The position numbers and the translations under genes were made by a program. Shown here in pieces: positions 42,505 to 53,070 of a DNA stretch of 64,000 nt (position 1 is its first letter; every line of letters begins with the position of its first letter). The notes below the pieces were generated by a model. That model had not been told where the DNA came from. It made no database searches and saw only the letters and a program-made list of their open reading frames with translations. Source of the stretch: Tubiluchus corallicola (Eukaryota; Animalia; Priapulida); NCBI GenBank assembly GCA_030141605.1, contig JAQGDQ010001075.1:1-64000 (forward strand). The letters are read 5' to 3'.

Positions 42505-42753
42505 TATAGTTGTCCGCCGAGACCTCGTGATTCCTCTCTTGACGCCTGAGATGGCTGTGGAGACCAAACTGTGATAGCGCTGCTTGGAACAAACTGAACG
42601 GCAAAAGACTGCCTTTGCTGATAGTCACAGATTGTTGCAAGCTATTGATTGCGATTGTTGCTTAACTTCTGCAATTTGAATTTGAGATGATGTTCTTTTA
42701 GCCTGCTTTCAGCTTTCATCGGGCGTCAAGAGAAGTCATGGCGGACAACTATA
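42505..42753. mobile_element. MITE-like element 1 nested in the foldback element
   Basis: Perfect 14-bp TIR TATAGTTGTCCGCC / GGCGGACAACTATA plus an inner TCTCTTGACGCC(T/C)GA inverted pair. Confidence 0.7.
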
Positions 42754-42761
42754 ACAGATAA

Positions 42762-42965
42762 CCGTAGTTCAGACGTAGAGACTTCTATCACAACTTGTTG
42801 CAACGTGTGAACGGCTTGGTAACTTCTCTCGCAACTTGTTGCAAAGTGTGAAGAGTTTCGCAACTTCTCTCACAAATTGCTAAACCGTTCACACGTTGCA
42901 ACTTTGTTCTCAGAGAGGACTTGCGCAACAAACTGCGAGAGAAGTCTCTACGCCTGAATGCGCCA
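42762..42965. mobile_element. MITE-like element 2 (PIF/Harbinger-like) nested in the foldback element
   Basis: TIR TTCAGACGTAGAGACTTCT / AGAAGTCTCTACGCCTGAA, and an inner inverted pair TTGCAACGTGTGAACGG / CCGTTCACACGTTGCAA. TAA lies on both sides. Confidence 0.7.
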
Positions 42966-45900
42966 TAAGGGAGCACGTGCATTTTTAGATCGGTTGTTAA
43001 TACATTTTTGTAGTCTACAATTCTTCCTAGTTGAGTTATTTTGACTTTAATGTTGCGTCGGCAGCCATTTCTGATTACCTTAAACTAGAATGACCTTGAA
43101 ACACTATTCTGATAGACCATATGCGTGTTTATATCTGCTGTTAACACATTTGTGCAGTTTTCAATGTCTACTAATTGAGTTATTTTGACATTTTGACTTT
43201 AATGCTGCGTCGGCAGCCATTTTGAGTGAAGTGACTGTAAATGACCTTGGAACAAAATTTTTCAGATAGGCCATATGCACTTTTATATTAGCTGGTAATA
43301 CATTTATACCATGTTAATCCATCTCAGGGGATTTTGAATATGTTATTCTAAACGATTCTCTGTGTGTCTGTGCAAAAATTCAACTTTACACTGTTTTTGT
43401 CCAAATCATACCTTACTTTGACCGGACTATTAGTATGATGAAATTCTTAAGTCCTAATATTGCAACACCAATATGAAGTACAAGGCATTTCTATTTTCTT
43501 AATCTTAGTTTTTCTATTATAACGTTCTTTAAAAATAAATAAAGCTAGCTCACCACCACCAATGTTTTGGTTAGACTTTGTCAATTCTTATTACACACTA
43601 ATCTGCGCCTATGTATCAAGGCTTCAATGCTAAAATGTCATATTATAAGCTGGTGGTGTCACCTAGCAGGCACCGAGTGAAGCTTTCTTGAGCCAAATAA
43701 ATTATAAGATACTTTAGATAATATTATAGCATTGCAACATTTATTGGAAAGTAAACTTATAAGTTAAAATTAATATAAATTATGATGTTAACCAAAATTA
43801 TTCTTACAATTTTTTATCTCGATAATATATTTTTGTAATACCCTGAATTTGCATTCTTTAGGCCTGTTCTTTTGGAATAGAACTTTTGGAATTATTAATT
43901 ATAATTTAATTATAATGTAACAGAGCTATTAAATAATTTTCAGCGTGCTGCACACATGCAATTTACACATACAATTGTTTTGCATGACACGTTGCTTTAT
44001 AAATCTGAAAGGCTATTATTTTTTATGTGATATGCTAATGCTCGTCTCAACATTATCGCTACGCGTTTAATGAATTAATAAAAAAAATACGACACCGCGT
44101 TTTGTCAATGACAACTGAAATGGCAGTTAAAATGGTACCGTTTTCATATTCCTTTTGATCTCTGTCATTATTTTTAATAATTGCAGCAATAGTGTCTTTA
44201 GCGATTTTTGCAGTCCTCAAAAAGCTTGGCCTCTCTTGTTATCCCAGTGCTACCAACATTACTACACTTACCCTCTTCGTTTATATTGTAGAGGATTTTT
44301 CTTCTTCTTCTTCTTCTATAATCGTTTATAGTTATTATCGTTCTACCTTCTTTTGCTTGTATTTCTCCATCGGATCTTTACGATAGCAAAAGCCAGCAAT
44401 GTCAATGCAGTAAAGCACTTTTATAATGACGGTAGTGGTGACACTAGCGGTGATTTGGTGGCAGTAAAAGTAGCAGTGGTGATGATGAGTAGGTATCATT
44501 TCATTTTTCTCTGTCAAAGTACACACCTTCTATGATCTCTCACATCACATTGTACCTAACAAGCTACAAAGTACCACAATTTTTTTTCTTTCTTTATTAT
44601 TCCGTCTACGCTAATCGTTTTCTCTTTTTGTCTTCCCTTTTTTCTAAAAAAAGGCAAAAACCAAGTAGGCTTCTTTGTCATTTTACACCTACTAATTTGG
44701 CACTTGTGCTCATAAATTTTTTATTACTATAATTTTTACAACAAGTTGTAAGGTGTTGTTTTAAAATGAATTTTATTTCTGTATTAAAGATAAGCTATTA
44801 ACGTGTCTTTCGAGTTATGACATTTGAAACGTTAAAAATATTTTGTAAAATGACGATTATAAAAAGTGACCAGCCGAGAATATGATCGATATCGTTTAGC
44901 AAAAGACCGCGCATTCAGAGTGATTAATGGACAAAATTTACGACATTCAAAAAATGCTTTCATTTTTGCAATAATTTCATTATTTTACTACTATTTATAC
45001 TATACTATTTATTTGTGCTAAACATATATCAAGTGGCGCAAAAACTATGCCGAAATTTTTATCACGATATTATAAGAAGAAAATAATGGTATGGCTTGAA
45101 AATTAACGTCTCGCTGATGTTACAGACGTTTATGTATAAACACCAAAAATTTTAGGTCGTTCCTTAGATTCAGGTCATTCCCTAAAGATACAGAAGTTTT
45201 AAAGCAACAAGTCAAAAAGTAGATGCCAGAAAAAAATTGTCACTATTGTTAAAATTTCAAGCAGGTTAAAATTATCTCCACCATTTTCACTGCAAACTAG
45301 ACGAAGGCGTTTGCTGATACACCTTGTCACTTTTTTGAAGATATTTGGTTCACCACGCAGCAATTTTTGCCTTTAGTTCTTTTGCAGCAAACTACTCTGT
45401 GCGGCCATTGTATACTTTCTCTAAGAGGGAATTCCAGATACTGTTCCAGAGAATTAAGCCCCATTTTTTCTTTAGCACTGCTTTATTTTCTCTAGTGAAA
45501 ACCAAATGTAAAGTGGTTGATTTCTTTATTGTTTCCATAGCCAAAAGTTAATGTATTGTAATATCAAGCTGTGAAATTTCAACTTTGTGGGGCACTCGCT
45601 TCTAATATTGTTATAGTCTAAACTTTTTTCCGCACTACCCAATATTTTGACTATTTCACTGGTATTTTGGAATTGTGTCAATCGGCTGTGCATTCACAAA
45701 ACTGCAAACTTCAGTATGTGAGCACTTTTTGATATGCTACATTTATAAAAAAAAAGCACGTGTGTCATCGACGCTACAGCTGAAAAAGTTGAAATCTAAA
45801 ACTCGGCGGAAATTTGTAGCCAAGCATTTCAAAAGTAATTTACAAATTCTAGTTAAAATGACCCGGTTCTATTCCAGTCTCAGACTCTCAGTACCAGCTT

Positions 45901-46130
45901 TTTCACAAACTTCTGCTCATGTTTGATTTCAAAAAGACAGTAAATGTAGGTTTATTACATCATCATTTGTCACTTCTTTAATGTTAGTCTAATATTTTGA
46001 ACAACTTATTCGACGAAACGTTTGGGATCTTTGCTCCCACAAAAGGCAGAAGGAGGAAAAAGGAGAAACCTAGTGATCTGTAGAACCCCATTAGAACCCC
46101 TCCTTAAATTATTTATTAATGTTTTTGCAT

Positions 46131-46247
46131 TACTACGGCCAAATCACGTTGCAAACACCTGTTCTCTGATCACCGAAGTTAAGCAACGTAGCGCCTGGTT
46201 AGTACTTGGATGGGTGACCGCCTAGAAAAACCAGGTGCTGTAGGCTT
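46131..46247 (+). pseudogene. 5S rRNA-derived sequence (near full length), head of a putative SINE3
   Basis: CTACGGCCAAATCACGTTGCAAACACCTGTTCTC-TGATCACCGAAGTTAAGCAACGTAGCGCCTGGTTAGTACTTGGATGGGTGACCGCCTAGAAAAACCAGGTGCTGTAGGCTT closely follows invertebrate 5S rRNA. Box A and box C regions are retained. It has a small deletion and several substitutions, no oligo-T terminator follows, and it is a single copy rather than an array. Confidence 0.9.
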
Positions 46248-46640
46248 GCGGGATACCGACACTAGGAAGAGGAGGTCAAGTGACCCAACGACCAAGGTGA
46301 ACCAGTGCAGCATGCTCATTGACTCCGGCAGCCAACCTGGTGCCAAACGTATCGCTCCACTATCCTTTGGACTACACCAGGGAGGAAGAGAAGGGGTTCC
46401 TGTTGTCTGGGTAACGATCTCCATACACCTTGCCCAGGCGTGCGCCCTGGAGAGGCCACTCCAGTGTCATTGCTCCAGTGACAGAAACAACACGGGAGGA
46501 AGCAGTTACGAGTTATAAGCCTAGAGCGAATTGGGGTGAGCTCGGGCGCTATGGGCTGTCTAACTGCCGTTCAAGGATCTGACTGCTCAGCCACAGTCGA
46601 CGCTGTAGTTCCATCAATGTGATCAATAAGTGAGTTAAGT
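46131..46640 (+). mobile_element. Putative 5S-derived SINE (5S head + GC-rich body + short simple tail)
   Basis: The 5S head runs directly into ~390 nt of GC-rich sequence that contrasts sharply with the AT-rich flanks. It ends in aataagtgagttaagt. Possible imperfect target-site duplication ttt(g)catta on both sides. Confidence 0.6.
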
Positions 46641-49600
46641 TTCATTAATACTACTCCTACTCCCAATCATCTTGACTGGTATGCTATTTTTCATTTGTAG
46701 CATACATTACATATATTGCAACTTCGACGTATTTATAGGTAATTATTGGCAAACTAAGACTTTATTCGTCCATTTATAGAATCGCCATCGTTCCTCTTTC
46801 ACTCTTGTCTAGCCGCTCGGTTACCTCGGTCTTACTTTCAAACTACGTTATTTCATAATTCATAATTTTTAATAATAACTGTGATATTCTCCTTCGTTTT
46901 CTTCCTTTTTTCGTTTGTCATTGTTGCTCCTGTTGATGTTACTGTTGATGTTCCAGTTGAAGCTGTTGTTGCTGTTGTTGTTGTTGCTGCTGCTGCTACC
47001 ACTGCCACTGCCATTGTTGCTGCTATTATTGTTGATTATACAAGTGTTATATATGTTGGCTATGGTTTATTATAAAGGATTATCGTATATATGAAAGAAA
47101 CGCCGTCAGCAAGATCTCAAAACAGAAATGGACATCACCATTACTGAATGGCACAGGGTGAACTCAAACCATATTTTTAAAAAGTGAAAGAAAATACTGG
47201 TTTCACTTTCTAGATCTTAACAGTATTGACGATTATTATGAGCGGAGTTTTGTTAAAGACGTAGTATACCTAACTTAACCATTTTCCTGACAACAGTGTC
47301 GACTAAAATTATAAGCTAGACAAAAACATATCACGCTGTGTTTGTATTTCTAAATAGCTTCTATATTTATACATATCGCAATAAGTTTTCAATCACACAT
47401 CGAATATTATACGCATAAACACACGCACGCACGCACGCCCCACCCCTTTACACATTTAACATTTATACATGACCCCCATCTCTTCATGCTACAATTTATT
47501 TCATAAGTTAATGTAATATATGTCACTTCTCTGTACAATCGAAACATACCTTGAATGTATCAAATTTTCTTTAAGCACGTTTTGCTTTTTGCTATCTTAA
47601 ACGCCGTTACAAACCAAAATAAATTCAAACAATAATTATATATTACTGTGCAATATACAATACATAATTACTTAATTACTTTCTCTACATATTGACATGA
47701 CCTAAATCTAAAAAGAAAGGCACTCTCGTAACTACAACCTTTCTGCGACATGTTTCAGCATCATAATACACGTTTTGTGATAACAACAGTTAACATCACG
47801 TTTCATAACACTTAACAAAATTAATGCAATTTCATATTTGTCACGTATCACACGCACACATTTATATACACGTACCTGGTATTATATTAATCATTAAAAA
47901 AGCCGATGGCATATATAGTAACAGTTTCTGGAATGAATACAATGCCAATGCTATGGTATTTAAATCTAAACGGTAACATATTGACTAATGCCTATATAGT
48001 GCACACAGTCATAATTGCTCAGCTGCCCTATGGATAATACTTCGGTAACAGCATTCTGGATAAACAGGGAACAATTACCATAGAACACGATTACGGCATT
48101 CATTCGCCGGTTATGGTAATATGGTTTACTAATGTAGGTAAGTTGCCGCTATAATATATAATAAGCAATAGTTAGTGTTTTGCCTGCAAACGATGCTTTA
48201 TAAATTTAGTACACAGAAAACGAGGTCGGTAGAAGCCGTACCGCGCATGCGTGTTGGACATTACCGCAAATTTTCAATCATTTGCGGACTTTTAAAATTA
48301 AATTACGCACCAAGCATCCCCTTCCCGAAGGAGTAATTAGCTCTGTAGCCCTGCAGGCATGAATGTTGTTGAACTTCCGCCCGCAAATTAGTGTAGCGAT
48401 ATGAAGCATGGAGTACGTTGCTATATGCATTATACTCTAATGCATTCCATTTTGTAAAAAAAAAACAAATGTAGCGATATTATTATTTAAACGCTCAATA
48501 GTGTGTAGCGACATGAAAAATAACCTACAATAATAAATTATCAACAATAGAATTTTTCAGTTTGCCTCACTATACATGCGCAAGCATTATCCTTTTTTCA
48601 TTGATTTCATAATCTTATTAAGATATCTTTATATAAATCATAAATAATACAGATATATATTTTTGTCTTTCTTCAACAAGATAAGAAAATACGAACTGTT
48701 AAATAGCAAATTGTCCCAACATTTCTTCCAGACAAGTGGTATTGATTTTTCCTCTGCAAATTTTCTTTGTAACCGTAGTATAAAAAAATCACAGTCTCGG
48801 AAGTTTTTAACTGTATTTTAACCTCTTTCTTTTGTAAAAGGTGCGCTTTGCAAGACTGCTTTGCATACAACTAATATTGATAGATATCGACCAGGTAAGC
48901 GGAATTCAAATTCCACTCCAGTTCAAATCCATGTTGTGTTAGACTTTTCACATTGCCTATTTTTTTAACTAAGAATGGTTTCAAAAATTAATTAGTTGGG
49001 CGTTCGTATCATCTTTGCCTACAATTTTGTACATGTAAATTACTTATAGTCTACAACAACAATTCATAGTATATTTGCTTTTAACTAAAGTAGAGAACGA
49101 ACAGATATATTCTATAGATCCAGATCGTAGTTTTATAACAACTACATATTTCGTACTTTTATAACAACAACAACATTAACCTTTTTCGCAAAAAAATAGA
49201 ATGATACATCATTGTTTTTTACATTTTGTCTATTATCCAAGAACACAACTACACAAATAAGGCTTCCAAAAATGCCAACAAAAGTCACTACATCACCAGC
49301 AAGTGTAATAATAGGGTTGGTTTAGTGAGACAGTTGCCGTTTATTGAGTATCGGGCGCTAGATCTGTCGCGTCCATTGCGAAATTGCGCGAAATTTACAA
49401 CCTGATGGTAGAAAATGATTTACGTTTGAGGTTCGATGCACACTTATTCAACAAAGAAAATTCATCTGAGTCAAAGAAAATAGCTTTTCGCTTATTTTTG
49501 TCTTTTTAGACGTCTTCACGATGTTCTAGCGCAAGTTTTATGGCGAGCAGTTAACGGGCATAACGGATAAAAGTAGCTAATTCGGAAAGCGCATCAGCAC

Positions 49601-51216
49601 AGGAAGATTGTATTCTGAGGATAGTTGAATTAAGTGCTCCGGCGTCCTCAAGCATAATACTTTGGCTAATGTAAACGCGAAAACTTTGACTTCTTAAAAC
49701 GTTTCTCTTCACGTCTTTTCCAGCCATGTTGACTACTTTGCCATTGCAGAATTTAGAATCTTAAGCATTCAATTTTACAAAAAACTGTAATTCAAAATCA
49801 TTTCTTTCACCAATGTCTAGACACCTTCACTCTATTAATATGATAATATGCTAAATTAACAATAAAAGTCAAGCATGCACCTTATTAGCTACAGCCTTTG
49901 GCCGTAACACGTTATGAGACATTTTATACAGTTTTAGTATTCACATAAATCAAGAAAGGTTGTGCTCATGATGTTTATGAGGTGTTAAGACACAGCCTAA
50001 AATCAAAGATAACGCACTGATTTTGATTTTTTTGATTTTCACGGCTCATTTGCACAAGACTAGATAGTCTTCAGAACAGCAGGCAATTTCTAACAGTGAG
50101 CAAAGAACTTGGTCTTCAGTTACTGTTATTGAATTGCAATGGCGACAAATAGGATTAGATGGTAAACAACAAATTTTTCATTATTAACTTGTCACCATTG
50201 TTGTATTTTTTACTCTATCCGTTCAAAGCGTGTATAGCATGTATAGTAATTAGTACTATACATACGATGCATAAATTAATTTACTTTACTGAAAACCAAC
50301 ATAGTGTAATGAATCAAACATAAACAAGAGATAAACTTGAAAACATTCACATTCATTTACTCTATAACTCTGAACATAAATTTCAAAAATTGTAGGTTAT
50401 TTTACTTAATCAGATTTCAGCAAATTTTTCATTCTACTTTAAATTTCATTCTAAAAATAGGGGAAGCATTTTCCTTGCCAATACAGTTAAATTATTACAT
50501 GGTGGTTTTACATTTTCAAGGAGAGTATGAATTTCCTAAAACGTAATTTTTTAATAAACAGCGAAAAAACATTTTTGTAACACAGCTTGTTCTCTGCGCG
50601 TATCACCAGAAATTGTGTTTTGCAGTTTACCATACAGCATCTTGTAAATCTTTAGTCAGCCTACAAAGCAAAACCCCAACTTTATTTTCAGCAAAGATTA
50701 CGATGTAAATAGCCTGCTATTAACTTGGGATTTTACGATAAAACATTCTTACGGCACTGTTGCCTTGTATTCTGTTGGTCTGAGTAATTTGTACAGGATA
50801 AATTATTACTGTAAAGTTTCGGTCTGCACATTGGGACACGTAAAAATATACGTAACTCCACGCGGCTATAGTCCCTAATCGGATTGGTTAAGTCCTAATT
50901 GGATTGATGAACCAAAAAAAGATATTCCAGTATACTACAAATCAAACTATAGGGCAAAGCTATTGAACCCTAGCGAGATTCTCCAGCTTTCTCGCTTATC
51001 CAGCGATAGTGTGGTAGAATAGAATTGTAACGTCTATATTACAATTAAATATTTAGCAACATTCTAGATCATTTAATCAAAAACTCACAGTAAAAGAGCG
51101 ATTACAATCCTCAGTCTGCTGTTCAACTAGATGACATTACAGTTCTCCATCACCAGACTCACTCCGTCAACAAACCAAACAAAACAATCTGTTGGTTACA
51201 TGCAATTTATACATAC

Positions 51217-51250
<34 letters not shown>

Positions 51251-51260
51251 ATATATATAT
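51217..51260. repeat. (TA)n microsatellite just downstream of the GPCR stop codon
   Basis: Directly visible. Confidence 0.95.
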
Positions 51261-51319
51261 GTTTGGTTTTAAAAAAAGTCCAGATGAACGCTAACCGCAC
51301 TAATTTACACGCGTTTAAT

Positions 51320-52594
51320 TCACAGTGGAGTACCAGATGGTGGAGTGGATGATATTAGAGCATGATTCTGCCCATTCTTCATGTCAGCCAGGACATAATT
51401 ATTCGGTTCAACTTCATGACATTTCTGAAGTGGATGTGCACTTGCTGATGACGCTGTCGTAAAGTGCGTCATCTCCCCATCTTCTTCTTCATCGGACTCT
51501 GCGACTTGCTGCTGCCTACGGGAATCCAATTTGGAGCGTGATCCACGGCCAGGAAACACACTTGTTTCAGCCGTAAGTCCCTCGCTACCACTGGCACATT
51601 TAAACGCTTTAATAAAACTCTTTTTAAAGTTGTCACTTAAGAAGGCATACAATATCGGGTTCATGGCAGAATTGGCATAAGCAAGCATATACAAAAATAC
51701 AATGACAATAACGAACTGTGCATCGGGAGCTGGTGCAAACTGCAGTACGAGCTGTATCGTCCAATATGGCAGCCAGCAACAAATGTAAACAGTTATTACA
51801 GTTAAAACCATTTTTGTGACTTTTCGATGGGAACGCTTCTTTTCCTTTGATTTTTTCTTAGGCCCCACGGTTTTTAGCCTTTGTAGCACGAGCATATAAA
51901 ATATAAGCGTCAACGTTACCGGAATCGCGAAGCCCAGGAGAAAGGAATACCAAATGAAGGCTTTATCGGCTTCTATTAGCTGTCCACCAGGCCACATAAC
52001 AGTACACGTAGGCCCAGGGCCTGTAGTTCTCGCATACATTATAACTGGTATCATAACAAGAACAGATATGGTCCATACACATGCGCAAACGATCTTTGCA
52101 TGCAATGGGGTGCGATACTTGACCGACATGACTGGATGACAGACAGCAAGATACCGGTCACTACTCATGACGCACAGAAACAAACTGCTAGTGAACTGGT
52201 TAACACTGGCAGTGATCATGTAAATCTTACACATTGCCTGCCTGAAGATCCAATGCTTAACGTTGATGGTAGTGACAAGGAAGGGAATCCCAATCAGAAA
52301 CATCTCGTCCGCTAAAGCCAAATTCATTATGTACATGTTCGTGACTGTTTTCATTTTAGCAAACCTAATCACAACATAAATGACTAACGTGTTTCCTATC
52401 AGACCGACTAGACAAATAATTATGTATATAATATTGGATACGATGTCAGATATTCGTTTCCAGGCCAATATCGATTCATCAAATTCATAATCAGGTCCTG
52501 ACGTACAGTTAGCAAAGTGACTGCAATTAAAAGTATAATTCATTTGTGAGGCGACGTTGGTAACTGAGTCATCTAAATCGTAATCCAACTCCAT
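51320..52594 (-). CDS. Class A neuropeptide GPCR, allatostatin-C/somatostatin receptor-like (424 aa, single coding exon)
   Basis: Seven hydrophobic segments. Rhodopsin motifs GNTLVIYVV, NLALAD, DRYLAVCHP, CWLPYW and NPILY. The ICL1 KMKTVTNMYIMNLA, the ICL3 KSKEKKRSHRKVTKMV and YAFLSDNFKKSF are typical of AstC/SST receptors. N-terminal N-glycosylation sequons (NYT, NCS, NCT), helix-8 Cys (FKCA), C-terminal TPL. Confidence 0.95.
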   Translation of the reverse strand: MELDYDLDDSVTNVASQMNYTFNCSHFANCTSGPDYEFDESILAWKRISDIVSNIIYIIICLVGLIGNTLVIYVVIRFAKMKTVTNMYIMNLALADEMFLIGIPFLVTTINVKHWIFRQAMCKIYMITASVNQFTSSLFLCVMSSDRYLAVCHPVMSVKYRTPLHAKIVCACVWTISVLVMIPVIMYARTTGPGPTCTVMWPGGQLIEADKAFIWYSFLLGFAIPVTLTLIFYMLVLQRLKTVGPKKKSKEKKRSHRKVTKMVLTVITVYICCWLPYWTIQLVLQFAPAPDAQFVIVIVFLYMLAYANSAMNPILYAFLSDNFKKSFIKAFKCASGSEGLTAETSVFPGRGSRSKLDSRRQQQVAESDEEEDGEMTHFTTASSASAHPLQKCHEVEPNNYVLADMKNGQNHALISSTPPSGTPL

Positions 52595-53054
52595 CTCGCG
52601 TGTAAGATACTGGAACAGTTAACGTTTTCAAAATATCAACACTAGTTCTGAACATACAAGCAATAACAAATATGTTCAATGCTTTGCTTTGACTATCGTC
52701 GTTTGTTAACAATGAAGTAGTTTTATTTCTCACAATGTCAGTGTACATTGATGAAGCTATAATTTCATATACAGTTTTTGCTAACTACAGCAACATGAAA
52801 GTCTGAAACAGGCCTTACTTTTCACATTGACCCGCTTTTATAATTTACACTAGCATACAGCTCACTGCTCCCATTCGCTTATTATGGATCTAATTGCTAA
52901 CACAGCTAAGAATTATCCTGATTACACGCTGACATACGTCTAGTTATCTCTGACGCATCAGTTAAGCTTTCTTGGTTCACAGGTCTACTCTGCACACTGT
53001 TGATCTACCAAGTATTCTTCATAACGAAACAGAAGCTCTTCTTGACCTTTTAGA

Positions 53055-53070
53055 CCTGAAAAATTCACAG
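53055..53070 (-). other. Candidate splice acceptor of the GPCR coding exon (5'UTR intron)
   Basis: The minus strand reads ctgtgaatttttcag|gtc, 461 nt upstream of the ATG. An alternative tgtttcag lies near 52803. Confidence 0.4.

Larger units (their letters stand above)
42161..43317. mobile_element. Foldback-like element: ~335-350 bp inverted arms built from ~125-165 bp tandem units
   Basis: Left arm 42161-42495 and right arm 42966-43317 are reverse complements (for example AAATGTATTAACAGCGGATCTAAAA and TTTTAGATCGGTTGTTAATACATTT). Each arm has repeated ATGTA(T/C)TA(C/A)CAGC units. Confidence 0.75.

Noticed and set aside
46131-46247. Functional 5S rRNA gene
   Set aside because: It has a deletion and substitutions, altered first bases and no oligo-T terminator, and it is not in an array. 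Treated as 5S-derived.
46022-46518. Overlapping ORFs of 67-102 aa
   Set aside because: They are a by-product of the GC-rich 5S/SINE-like sequence and show no protein motifs.
51954-52315. Plus-strand ORFs inside the GPCR
   Set aside because: They are antisense shadows of a real coding sequence.
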